From Candidatus Hydrogenedentota bacterium (GTDB lineage Bacteria > Hydrogenedentota > Hydrogenedentia > Hydrogenedentales > SLHB01): a DNA stretch of 64,000 nucleotides. Positions 18,055 to 27,006 of the stretch are shown piece after piece. The stretch lies in assembly GCA_035450225.1 (NCBI GenBank), contig DAOTMJ010000004.1, positions 12,494-76,493 of the forward strand. The letters run 5' to 3'. Both the position numbers and the translations under genes were made by a program. Position 1 is the stretch's first letter. Each line of letters starts with the position of its first letter. The notes under the pieces are model-generated. The model did no database searches, was not told the DNA's origin, and was given only the letters and a program-made list of their open reading frames with translations.

Positions 18055-19275
18055 CTATATCCGGCAGTTGATCCAGCGCAGTCCTTGACCAACAAGGCCC
18101 GTCGTCTGATCGTGCATTGCATCGCGCGCGGCTTCCGCAAGTTCCGGGGCTTTCACGTCGCGTCCGCCCAGTCCGCATATACAACTCTGAACGGCGGGCG
18201 TTGACTCGCTGCCATAGAGCGCCGCCTTCAAATCGGCGGCAATCGGCCCTTCGTATCCATAACTGAGGCTTTTGTCGAAAACCACCGCAAGTTTGGCGCA
18301 GCGGCATTTTTCGACAACGGCTTGGCGCGGAAACGGCCGGTACACACGAATGCCCAGCACGCCCGCCGCGACGCCTTCCGCGCGCAATGCATCCACCGCG
18401 ACCGTCGCCTCGCTGGCCAGACTGCCCGCCGCGACCAGCAACACATCGGCGTCTTCGGCGCGGTAGTCCCACGTCATTCCGCCCCAGTTCCGGCCGAACA
18501 TCCGCTCGTATTCTTCGCCGACCGATACAATGGTTTCGGGCGCCTTTTCGAGCGCTTCCTGCAAGAGGTAACGCAGTTCCAGATAGCCGTGGCAGAGCGT
18601 GCCTTCGGCGTTCATGCGCGGATCGGCCAGCGTCACCTGGTTCAGGTTGCGCGGGTCCGCCGGATCGAGGATGGTATGCGGCTTGTACGGCGGCAGGAAC
18701 CGGTCCACATCGGCCTGATCAGGCACTTCGACCGGCATCACCGTATGCGACAGCAGGTACCCGTCGTAACACACCATGACCGGCACATACACCGATTCCG
18801 CGATGCGGTACGCCTGAATTACCGTGTCAATGATTTCTTGGTTGTTGCGCGCGAAAATCTGAATCCAGCCCGCGTCACGTTGCGACATCGAGTCCTGCTG
18901 GTCGTTCAACACGTTCCACGGGGCCGCCATGGCGCGGTTCACGCATCCCATGACGATCGGCAGCCGGGCGCCCGCCACCCAGTGGATTTGCTCGCACATG
19001 TAGGCGAGGCCGTTGGCGCTCGTCGCCGTGAAGGCCCGCGCGCCCACCGTCGAAGCGCCGATGCACACCGACAGCGCGCTGTGCTCGCTTTCGACGGTCA
19101 CATACTCTGCGGCCAGTTGGCCCGATTCGACATAATGGGACAAGGCCTCGGTGACCGGCGACTGCGGCGTAATGGGATAGGCCGCCACGACCTGAACCCG
19201 GCACAGCCGCGCGCCGATGGCCATGGCCTCGTTGCCGGTGATGACCACCACCCGCGATGTTTCCTTGACTGCCAC
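18055..19275 (-). CDS. porA: 2-oxoacid:ferredoxin oxidoreductase, alpha subunit
   Basis: 406 aa. The pattern VVITGNEAMAIGARL...AAYPITPQS...ESEHSA... is typical of POR/VOR alpha subunits. Confidence 0.9.
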   Translation of the reverse strand: MAVKETSRVVVITGNEAMAIGARLCRVQVVAAYPITPQSPVTEALSHYVESGQLAAEYVTVESEHSALSVCIGASTVGARAFTATSANGLAYMCEQIHWVAGARLPIVMGCVNRAMAAPWNVLNDQQDSMSQRDAGWIQIFARNNQEIIDTVIQAYRIAESVYVPVMVCYDGYLLSHTVMPVEVPDQADVDRFLPPYKPHTILDPADPRNLNQVTLADPRMNAEGTLCHGYLELRYLLQEALEKAPETIVSVGEEYERMFGRNWGGMTWDYRAEDADVLLVAAGSLASEATVAVDALRAEGVAAGVLGIRVYRPFPRQAVVEKCRCAKLAVVFDKSLSYGYEGPIAADLKAALYGSESTPAVQSCICGLGGRDVKAPELAEAARDAMHDQTTGLVGQGLRWINCRI

Positions 19276-19281
19276 GCCCGT

Positions 19282-19617
19282 CTACTCCCGCGTCGTTGGC
19301 GCGTCGGAACCGGTTTCGGGAACCATGGAAATGGCCCCCGACACGCACTCCTCGGCGCAAATGCCACATCCTTTGCAATATTCCAGATCGATTTCGATCG
19401 GAATCGTCCGTTTGATTACCGCTTCCGGGCAATACATCCAGCAACTGAAACAACCGGGACGATTGTTCTTGGCGGGGATGCACTTGGTGTTGTCCACGAC
19501 CGGCCGCTGCGTCCGCCAGTCGCCCGTGCGGCCGGCCTCGCCGAAACTCGGCGTCGCCATGGCCGACGTGTGTTCGCACTCACGCGTTCCCATGTTCATC
19601 CACCCTTGTTTGCTCAT
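19282..19617 (-). CDS. porD: 2-oxoacid:ferredoxin oxidoreductase, delta subunit (2x[4Fe-4S] ferredoxin)
   Basis: Two Cys clusters (C..C..C...CP-like: CFSCWMYCP and CKGCGICAEEC). The start is uncertain (M1, M7 or M9) because it overlaps the porG 3' end. Confidence 0.85.
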   Translation of the reverse strand: MSKQGWMNMGTRECEHTSAMATPSFGEAGRTGDWRTQRPVVDNTKCIPAKNNRPGCFSCWMYCPEAVIKRTIPIEIDLEYCKGCGICAEECVSGAISMVPETGSDAPTTRE

Positions 19618-20203
19618 ACGTCATGCGCACCGCCTCGAAATTTTTCTTGGCAAGGGTCGGCGCGAATTTGTGCCCGATGGCCTCGCGGATATTGTCCAGG
19701 GTCACCAGCCGGGTGGCCCGGGCAAACGCGCCCAGCATCGCCGTGTTGACAATGACCGAACCCGCCACTTCCAAGTCGTTTTCGATGGCGATACGCGTCG
19801 CGTCGGCCGTCGCGACCCTGAACCCGTTCAGTCCCCATTCTCCGGGGCTTCTGGTCGTGTTGACAATCAGCCAACCCCGCGGGCGAAGCCCGGCCGTGGC
19901 GTTGGCGCATTCCATCAACGAATCATCCAACACGATTACAATATCGGGATTTACAATCTGGGAAAAGAAACGCAACGGCTCCAGCGACAGCCGCGTCGAG
20001 GCCGTAACCGGCGCGCCCCTCCGTTCGGCGCCAAAGGTCGGGGCGGAGGTCACGCCGCGAAATCCGCCATAGTAGGCGGCCTGCGCCAGAAGCTGGGCCG
20101 ACGAAATCGCCCCTTGCCCCCCGCGTCCATGCCAACGAATCTCACACAGCCCTTCACTTAACTTCGCACTGCCTGCCATCGCCTGCTCTTCCATTCCTGC
20201 CAT
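19580..20203 (-). CDS. porG: 2-oxoacid:ferredoxin oxidoreductase, gamma subunit
   Basis: EIRWHGRGGQGAISSAQLLAQAA...FGAERRGAPV. The track ORF (to 20440) adds about 80 non-homologous residues. I chose the first plausible ATG (20203); ATGs at 20194 and 20179 are alternatives. Confidence 0.8.
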   Translation of the reverse strand: MAGMEEQAMAGSAKLSEGLCEIRWHGRGGQGAISSAQLLAQAAYYGGFRGVTSAPTFGAERRGAPVTASTRLSLEPLRFFSQIVNPDIVIVLDDSLMECANATAGLRPRGWLIVNTTRSPGEWGLNGFRVATADATRIAIENDLEVAGSVIVNTAMLGAFARATRLVTLDNIREAIGHKFAPTLAKKNFEAVRMTYEQTRVDEHGNA

Positions 20204-20399
20204 GTTCGCAATAAGTCCTTTATTATGCCATACACCCACAGGGGTTTGGCAATTCCCATCGAAGGCCCGAAGGCCCACAATCCGCACGTAAGCGGATCGC
20301 GTAAGGCGCAACGATATGTCGAGCCTTCCAGCGGATAGGGAAAACTCGCTTGATTGCGGCCCATGCGTTCGTCTGATAAGATCCCCCCAAGGTGATTGA

Positions 20400-21158
20400 A
20401 TGAGTCTTTCGGACCAACAACGGGCGCGGTATGCGCGCAATATTCTGGTTCCCGGTTTTGGGGAAGCCGGCCAGGAGCGATGTTTCCACGCCCGTGTGTT
20501 GATAGCCGGACTGGGCGGCCTTGGCAGCCCGGCGGCGTATTATCTGGCGGCGGCGGGCGTGGGCACGCTGGGCCTGCTGGATTTTGATGTGGTGGATGTC
20601 AGCAATCTGCAGCGCCAGATCTTGCACACGACCGATCGAATCGGCGCGAGCAAAGTGGACTCCGCCGCGGCGGCTCTTTCGGCGTTGAACCCGGACCTCC
20701 GAATCGAACGGATTTATGAACGACTGACGGCGGAAAACGCACAGGACATCCTGCGTCCGTACGACGTGGTCATCGAGGCAAGCGACAATTTCGCCGCGAA
20801 ATTCATCGTGAACGACGCATGCGTCGCGCTGCGGAAACCTTTCACCACGGCGGGGGTGTCGGAATGGGGCGGGCAAATGATGTTTGTGTGCCCCGGCCTG
20901 ACGGCCTGCCTCCGGTGCGCAGTGCCCGAGGAGCCGCCCGCGCCCCCGGCGCCGTTTGGCATATTGGGCGCGGTCCCCGGCATTTTCGGCGGCATCGAGG
21001 CGCTGGAAGCGCTTCGGTATCTTGCCGGACAATGGGCGCCGCGTTCGGACGGCGCCGCCCTCCTGCACACGCTGGATGGTACGGTCATGCGGTTTCGGAC
21101 CCTGCCGCTGCCCCCCCGGGACGAGTGTCCATGCAGGGACGCGGCGAACAAGACATGA
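20400..21158 (+). CDS. thiF: ThiF/MoeB-family sulfur-carrier adenylyltransferase
   Basis: RYARNILVPGFGEAGQE...VLIAGLGGLGSPAAYYLAAAGVG.LGLLDFDVVDVSNLQRQ. Its position directly upstream of thiG supports a thiF role, but a MoeB-type role is not excluded. Confidence 0.75.
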   Translation: MSLSDQQRARYARNILVPGFGEAGQERCFHARVLIAGLGGLGSPAAYYLAAAGVGTLGLLDFDVVDVSNLQRQILHTTDRIGASKVDSAAAALSALNPDLRIERIYERLTAENAQDILRPYDVVIEASDNFAAKFIVNDACVALRKPFTTAGVSEWGGQMMFVCPGLTACLRCAVPEEPPAPPAPFGILGAVPGIFGGIEALEALRYLAGQWAPRSDGAALLHTLDGTVMRFRTLPLPPRDECPCRDAANKT

Positions 21159-21200
21159 GAAACCCCGCCGCCCTCTTTTGGTCGGCCATAAAATGGAATC

Positions 21201-21986
21201 GTGAACATGAATGATCCCCTGATAATCGCGGGGCGCGCGTTTTCCTCGCGATTGATGATCGGCACGGGCAAGTTTGCTTCCGCGGAGGCGCTGGAAGGCG
21301 CGCTCGAGGCATCGGGCGCGGAAATAGTGACGGTCGCGTTGCGCCGCGTGGACCTGTCGAATCCCGACGAGGGCAGCATCCTGCCGGTGGTCGCCCGGTC
21401 GAAACGCCTGATTCTACCGAACACATCGGGCGCGCGAAACGCCGACGAAGCCGTGCGGCTGGCCCGTCTGGCGCGCGCTTCGGGACTGGAGCCGTGGGTG
21501 AAACTGGAGTTGACGCCGGAGCCTCGTTACCTGTTGCCCGACCCGATCGAAACCCTTCGCGCGGCGGAGATCTTGGTGCGGGAGGGATTCGTGGTGCTGC
21601 CCTATATCCAAGCGGACCCGATTCTGGCCAAGCGGCTTGAGGAAATCGGCGCCGCGACGGTGATGCCGCTGGGCGCCCCCATCGGCAGCAACCGGGGACT
21701 TCGCACACGGGATCTGATTCGCATCATTATCGAGCAGGCCGGCGTGCCGGTCGTGGTGGACGCCGGTCTGGGCGCTCCTTCGCACGCGGCGGAAGCGATG
21801 GAAATGGGCGCGGATGCGGTGCTGGTCAATACGGCGTTGTCCGACGCCGCCGACCCGGCCGCCATGGCGAAAGCATTTGCCATGGCCACCGAAGCCGGGC
21901 GGCTGGCGTATCGCTCCGGACTGGGACCCGTCCGCGATGCCGCCGCCGCGTCGTCGCCATTGACGGGATTTTTACGAAAAACGTAA
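21201..21986 (+). CDS. thiG: Thiazole synthase
   Basis: [21 protein letters not shown]...VLPY...[12 protein letters not shown]...[25 protein letters not shown]. The start is GTG 21201 or ATG 21207. Confidence 0.9.
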   Translation: MNMNDPLIIAGRAFSSRLMIGTGKFASAEALEGALEASGAEIVTVALRRVDLSNPDEGSILPVVARSKRLILPNTSGARNADEAVRLARLARASGLEPWVKLELTPEPRYLLPDPIETLRAAEILVREGFVVLPYIQADPILAKRLEEIGAATVMPLGAPIGSNRGLRTRDLIRIIIEQAGVPVVVDAGLGAPSHAAEAMEMGADAVLVNTALSDAADPAAMAKAFAMATEAGRLAYRSGLGPVRDAAAASSPLTGFLRKT

Positions 21987-22186
21987 CGCGGTCCGAAAAA
22001 ACCGTGGAAAACCGGAAATTTTCCCTTCACGGCGGATGTCCACGGAGTCCGATTCATCCACCGTTTGAACGAATGAGCCGCTTTCAACCGGCGATTCCGG
22101 GTTCAATTGCGATTCCGCACGCCGGCATGGAACTTTACCGTATGGTTGCCGCATAGTACACTGAAAAAGAGCATGTGGAGATAACA

Positions 22187-23311
22187 ATGGATTTGGCCGA
22201 CGAACTGGCTTTGTGGCCGGCGGAGCGCGTGGCCGGCCTGATGGCCGACATGCAGCCGCACCATGTCGAGGCGGCGATCCATCGGGAGAATCGCAGTTTG
22301 CGAGATCTGGCCGCCCTGCTTTCCCCGTGCGCGCAGGCCTTTCTCGAACCCATGGCGCAGGAGGCGCAACGCATTACGCGCCGGCAGTTTGGCCGCGTCA
22401 TTACGCTCTACGCGCCCCTTTACCTGTCGAACGCATGTGCCGCGGATTGCCTGTATTGCGGTTTTGCGGCGCAATCAGGCATGCGCCAACGCCGGATTAC
22501 ACTCGATGCCGGCGCCATCCGCGCCGAATGCCAAGCGCTGGCCGAACACGGTTTTCGCAGCGTGTTGCTGCTGACCGGCGAGGCCCCGCATGTTACGCCG
22601 TTGTCCTATATCGGGGAAGCCGTGGCCATCGCCCGCGACTTTTTCCCGTCCGTTTCAATCGAGATGTTTGCGATGGATCGCGACGCCTACGGCGCGCTTT
22701 GCGAACGTGGCCTCGAAGGCGTCACGCTCTATATGGAAACATACCACCGTCCCACCTACGCGCACGTCCATCCCGCAGGGGAAAAAAGCGACTATATGTA
22801 CCGATTGGGCGCGCTTGAACGTGCGGGGCAGGCCGGGGTCCGCCGCTTGAACCTTGGCGTCCTTCTGGGATTGTTCGATTGCCGGATCGAGGCGTTTTGG
22901 ATGGCCATTCACGCGCGCCATCTGCAAAAGGCGTGCTGGCGCAGCGCCGTGGCCCTCTCGTTTCCCCGGTTGCGAAGCACCCCGCCCCGGTTCGACATTC
23001 CCGCGCCGGTCGGCGACGCCGATTTGGTCCAACTGATCCTGGCGTTGCGGCTGTGCCTGCCCGAGTGCGGGTTCACCCTTTCGACCCGCGAATCACCGGA
23101 GTTCCGCGACGCCCTTGCGCCCTTGGGCGTTACCATGATGAGCGCCGGATCGTCTACCCGTCCGGGCGGATACGCCACCTGCGGCAACGAAACACTCGAA
23201 CAATTTGCCGTTCAGGACTCCCGCACGCCTGAAGAAGTCGTAGCGGCGATTCGCGCCGCCGGATACGATCCGGTTTGGAAAGATTTCGACAGAGCTTTCT
23301 TCGCCGCCTGA
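22187..23311 (+). CDS. thiH: 2-iminoacetate synthase (tyrosine lyase), radical SAM
   Basis: The radical-SAM cluster motif CAADCLYCGF sits in the ThiH-typical context YLSNAC. Length is about 375 aa. ATG 22187 is preceded by GGAG; the track start is GTG 22175. Confidence 0.85.
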   Translation: MDLADELALWPAERVAGLMADMQPHHVEAAIHRENRSLRDLAALLSPCAQAFLEPMAQEAQRITRRQFGRVITLYAPLYLSNACAADCLYCGFAAQSGMRQRRITLDAGAIRAECQALAEHGFRSVLLLTGEAPHVTPLSYIGEAVAIARDFFPSVSIEMFAMDRDAYGALCERGLEGVTLYMETYHRPTYAHVHPAGEKSDYMYRLGALERAGQAGVRRLNLGVLLGLFDCRIEAFWMAIHARHLQKACWRSAVALSFPRLRSTPPRFDIPAPVGDADLVQLILALRLCLPECGFTLSTRESPEFRDALAPLGVTMMSAGSSTRPGGYATCGNETLEQFAVQDSRTPEEVVAAIRAAGYDPVWKDFDRAFFAA

Positions 23312-23409
23312 TGTCCAGCGCCGTCTTTTCGGATTGGGGTACGGCGAAAGAAATAACTGGACAATAAAGGGATATTATGCGAAAATCATGCAGGAGGAAC
23401 TGATCGGCC

Positions 23410-24207
23410 ATGATCGAAGAAAGGCCTCGACAACAGGCGCCTATCGAGCGCATTGACGCGGACGCGGTATGCGAGCAGTGCGGGATGGTCAATCCGGAAG
23501 ACACGTTGCTGTGCAAGACATGCGGCAACAACTTGCGCGATCAACGTCTGCGGCGCGTGCGCGTGGAAACCCTGAGCGACGAAGGACCGGGCGAAGGCAT
23601 ACGCCTGTCTTTTTTAACAAAAGTATTGAGCGTGGCGGGCGCCTTGCTCATTATTTTCGTTGCGATCAATTTTGGGCGCATTGAGCAGGCCATGACGCGC
23701 GCCAGCCTCGGCGACACCGGCGATCCGAACCAATTTTGGCAGGGGGCTTCCGCCGCACCGTTCATGCAGCTTGCCCGCGAACTCGAATCCCATCCCGTCA
23801 CGCCGCAGGAAGCCGAGTCCGCGATTGGCCGTCAAACAATGGATGACACCGTGGAGGGACGCTATGTCTTGGTGGATCGAGACAGCGATAATCAGGTCGG
23901 CCAGGCCATTGTCCGTTTCGAGAATGATACATACTATTTCGTGGCGCAGCTCACCAAGGGCGCTGCCGAGGTGCGGGGGTATGGATATATCGAGGGAAGC
24001 GCTCGGATTGCCTCGCGCGAAAAGAGCGCGGTGCAGATGGGCGGCCAGCGCTATTTGGCGTCGGGCTTCGCGCAACGCATTCCGGACGGCGCGTTCGAAT
24101 GTTTCGGTCTCAGCCGGGCCGGCAACGACAGTTACGCCGTGCTGGCATACCGAATCAAGGAAGGGGTCCGGGACGAACAACCCCTCGCGCTCGATCAGAA
24201 TCCGTAA
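23410..24207 (+). CDS. Zinc-ribbon / single-TM / extracytoplasmic-domain protein, function unknown
   Basis: An N-terminal CEQCGMVNPEDTLLCKTCGNNL zinc ribbon, a TM helix (LSVAGALLIIFVAINF), and then a roughly 180-aa domain I could not assign. AGGAGG lies upstream. Confidence 0.55.
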   Translation: MIEERPRQQAPIERIDADAVCEQCGMVNPEDTLLCKTCGNNLRDQRLRRVRVETLSDEGPGEGIRLSFLTKVLSVAGALLIIFVAINFGRIEQAMTRASLGDTGDPNQFWQGASAAPFMQLARELESHPVTPQEAESAIGRQTMDDTVEGRYVLVDRDSDNQVGQAIVRFENDTYYFVAQLTKGAAEVRGYGYIEGSARIASREKSAVQMGGQRYLASGFAQRIPDGAFECFGLSRAGNDSYAVLAYRIKEGVRDEQPLALDQNP

Positions 24208-24365
24208 CCCCTACCGGTTTCGGGGCGAATAATCGGGACACCGCACGGCGTTGGGCCGTTCCGGATGGCTGCAAGCGGAAGGATGATCGTACCGGCAATG
24301 GTCGCAGAGGAATTCTTCCGGACAACGCATTCGAAGCCACCACGAACGAAGACGATCGAATAGGC

Positions 24366-25619
24366 TCATTTTTGGCTCCCGAATTGATTCCGATATTCGA
24401 GGGGCGTCATTCCTTCGAATTTCCGGAACAATTTGCCGAAATTGCTCACGTCGCGAATACCCACGCGCCGGGCCACGTCGCCGGCGGACAATTGGGTGCG
24501 GCGCAACAGTTCCTTGGCCTTGTCCACCCGCAAACGTCCGAGATATTCGCTGAACGACATGCCGAAATGGCGCTGCAGCCGGTGGGTGATCGCGGTCGGA
24601 TGGACGCCGAGAACCGCGGCCACTTCATCCAGTGTAATCCCTTCCTCGAGACGGCCGATCACCAGACGGTTCAGTTCGGCATACTCCGGCGCTTGCGGCA
24701 AGGCGCGGGCCGTCTCGCGCTTGAGCGCGCCCAACAACTCCATCACGGCTTCCGCGAGACGCAGATCGGTACCGGCGGCTTTTACGGTCTCGATAAACGC
24801 CGGGAAACGATCCCAGCACGCATCGCACGCGAGTCCCGCCTGTTCGGATGCTTCCAGCGCCGCGGCGGCCAAGGCGATGGCGCGCGCGCGTTGCGCAGGC
24901 GCGCGCTTGCGGGCCGGAGCCCGGCTTTCCGCCAGCGCCGCCATGGCCAATTCGCGCGCCTTGCCGGGCATGCCGCCGGCCAAGGCCGCGGCGATGGGGC
25001 CGGCCTGGTAGGGATCGGCCCTGGCTTGACGGACCGGCTTGCGCGCCCGCTCCATGACGGCGCCATTGTCTTCCCGCGAAGTATCCTCGGGCGTGCCGGC
25101 CGGCTGCAACGTCGTGCGCAAGGCCATCAACCCTTCCCGCATCCACGCAAGAATGGCCGGGAAAACCGTCGCCGAGGTTGCGGGAATATCCCGCAACGAA
25201 AAAGGCAACTGGACCCGATCATGGGTTTCGACGGCGCGCAGACCGCGCCGAGCGTCCGGTTCGAGGGCCTCGAGGCCTTCAGAGGGACAGTACGGGCCTA
25301 TCGTGACGGCCATGCCGAATTCGGGTTCGAGCAGCGGCGCAGAAAGGCACGCAAACCCCATGTGGCAAATGAATGGCGTGACGGCGCCGCGCCGCAAGGC
25401 GTTCGTTTCCGCTTTCAGCCGATTCCGTTTGCACTGGGCATGGCCGCGTTCGAGGGCGTTTACATAACGGCACGCGACGCGTGCGCCATGGGAAAAAATG
25501 CACGCGGGATCTTCCTTTTCACCATGATCGTGCACGCTCATCGCGGTGCCCGCGGCGCGCGATGCGCGTTCGAGCAAGGCCCGGACTTCGCCGGAGGCCA
25601 CAAACGCCGCGGCGTTCAT
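24366..25619 (-). CDS. AraC-family transcriptional regulator with N-terminal PocR-like sensor domain
   Basis: The C-terminus has two HTH units (ITLDEVAAVLGVHPTAITHRLQRHFG...; SAGDVARRVGIRDVSNFGKLFRKFEGMTPLEYR). The N-terminus has Cys-containing segments (ACRYV...CKRN...FICHMGFACLSAP) resembling PocR. Confidence 0.75.
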   Translation of the reverse strand: MNAAAFVASGEVRALLERASRAAGTAMSVHDHGEKEDPACIFSHGARVACRYVNALERGHAQCKRNRLKAETNALRRGAVTPFICHMGFACLSAPLLEPEFGMAVTIGPYCPSEGLEALEPDARRGLRAVETHDRVQLPFSLRDIPATSATVFPAILAWMREGLMALRTTLQPAGTPEDTSREDNGAVMERARKPVRQARADPYQAGPIAAALAGGMPGKARELAMAALAESRAPARKRAPAQRARAIALAAAALEASEQAGLACDACWDRFPAFIETVKAAGTDLRLAEAVMELLGALKRETARALPQAPEYAELNRLVIGRLEEGITLDEVAAVLGVHPTAITHRLQRHFGMSFSEYLGRLRVDKAKELLRRTQLSAGDVARRVGIRDVSNFGKLFRKFEGMTPLEYRNQFGSQK

Positions 25620-26389
25620 GCGTGAATCTCGAACAGCGGCGTCGGCGTGTCCTGCCGCGCCACCGCCAGCCGGGCGCCATGCCGTTCGAGCACTTTCGCC
25701 GCCATGCCCAGCGCCAGTTCAGGCGTGTTGTTTTCCTTGCTCACATGCGCGAGCAGGACAATTTGCAATCCCTCGTGCAGCAAATTCGACAACAGGCTGT
25801 TCATCTCCGCGTTCGAGAGATGGCCCTGGCGTCCGCGTATGCGTTGTTTCAGGGCGGGCGGATACGGCCCCCGCAAAAGCATTTCCGGACAGTGGTTCGA
25901 TTCCAGAATCAGGCCGTGCGAACCGTGCAGTCGTGCGCGCACCAATTGCGAGACATGGCCGAGATCGCTTGCCATGCCGAGTTTTGCGCCCGCATGTTCG
26001 ATCGTGTAACTAACCGGGTCTACGGCGTCGTGTGAGATGCTGAAACTTTCAATCTCCATCCCGTTGATCCGGAAGCGATCGCCCGCATCGAATGTCTCGA
26101 TGGACGCCAACCCGCCGAGTTCCGGCGGCAGGCCCGCCCGCGTGCCGGCCGTCATGAAAACGGGCACGCCCAATTGGCGCGTCAGCACGCCGAGGCCCTT
26201 GATATGATCATTGTGCTCGTGCGTGATAAACACGGCCCGCAAGCCGTCCAGCGACTCGCCCACCGCCTGCGCGCGCAGGTTCAACTGTTTGAACGTCAGG
26301 CCGCAATCAATCAGCACTTTGGCCCGATCCGTCGCAACCAGCAAGGCATTGCCGCCGCTGCCGCTGCCCAGCAATGAAAAACGAAGCAC
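25616..26389 (-). CDS. MBL-fold metallo-hydrolase (YycJ/PhnP-like)
   Basis: LGSGSGGNA...IDCG...FITHEHNDHIKG (HxHxDH motif). GTG start with AGGGAG upstream. Its stop overlaps the AraC start (ATGA at 25616-25619). Confidence 0.85.
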   Translation of the reverse strand: MLRFSLLGSGSGGNALLVATDRAKVLIDCGLTFKQLNLRAQAVGESLDGLRAVFITHEHNDHIKGLGVLTRQLGVPVFMTAGTRAGLPPELGGLASIETFDAGDRFRINGMEIESFSISHDAVDPVSYTIEHAGAKLGMASDLGHVSQLVRARLHGSHGLILESNHCPEMLLRGPYPPALKQRIRGRQGHLSNAEMNSLLSNLLHEGLQIVLLAHVSKENNTPELALGMAAKVLERHGARLAVARQDTPTPLFEIHA

Positions 26390-26505
26390 GAAACACGACT
26401 CCCTGCCACAAATGTCATTCGGCGGATCTTACCATATCCGGACGCATTTCTCCCTGCCGGGCGGTCATCGAACATCCGGCCGGCGGGACAGCCATGACCG
26501 GCCCA

Positions 26506-27003
26506 TCAACCCGTGGCGTCAAGACCGTATATGCGCCGGCCAATCCGCGCGATTCGGGCGAGAAGACGACCCTTGCCCGAGCAGTCGAACCGGCCATCCG
26601 TTTCGACGATCCATCCGTATTCGACCATGATGCCCAACCTGCGATGGATCATTTCTTCCTTCGGGTAGGCGTTTTCCAACTCGGCCAACGTCAGGCAATG
26701 TTTCGGGGAACGGGCAAGGGCGCCCAGCGTTCTCACCGAAACCGATCGATCCACGCCGAAGTAGAAGTGAAAATACAACACCGCGAGAAACAGGAAGACG
26801 GGTGCGGATACGGGTGCATGCGAACCCCATGAAACGTCGTGCAGACCTGCCCCGAATGCGGCCACGCCATATCCGGCGCACGCGGCCATCGCAAGCGTCG
26901 CGACATTCTTGCCCGAAGGCGGCAACAAGCGCCACACGATCAAATGGACCAGCAGGAAAACCGCCCATCCGGCGATTCCGATGGCGACAGTGATCGCCGT
27001 CAT
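26506..27003 (-). CDS. Membrane protein with C-terminal winged-helix-like tail (paralog A), function unknown
   Basis: 165 aa. About 3 TM helices, then SVSVRTLGALARSPKHCLTLAELENAYPKEEMIHRRLGIMVEYGWIVE. It shares architecture and motifs with the adjacent upstream ORF. Confidence 0.5.
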   Translation of the reverse strand: MTAITVAIGIAGWAVFLLVHLIVWRLLPPSGKNVATLAMAACAGYGVAAFGAGLHDVSWGSHAPVSAPVFLFLAVLYFHFYFGVDRSVSVRTLGALARSPKHCLTLAELENAYPKEEMIHRRLGIMVEYGWIVETDGRFDCSGKGRLLARIARIGRRIYGLDATG

Positions 27004-27006
27004 GAC

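Noticed and set aside
20204-20399. Possible TPP riboswitch upstream of thiF
   Set aside because: Only a partial match (CCAGCGGAUAGGGAA) to the 3' part of the THI-box is present. The invariant CUGAGA and ACCUGAUCUGG elements are absent on both strands. A covariance-model search is needed to be certain.
21987-22186. Search for a thiS gene in the thiG-thiH gap
   Set aside because: The gap is too short for a roughly 66-aa ThiS, and no frame yields an ORF ending in Gly-Gly. The 71-aa minus-strand ORF (21972-22187) has no ThiS features.
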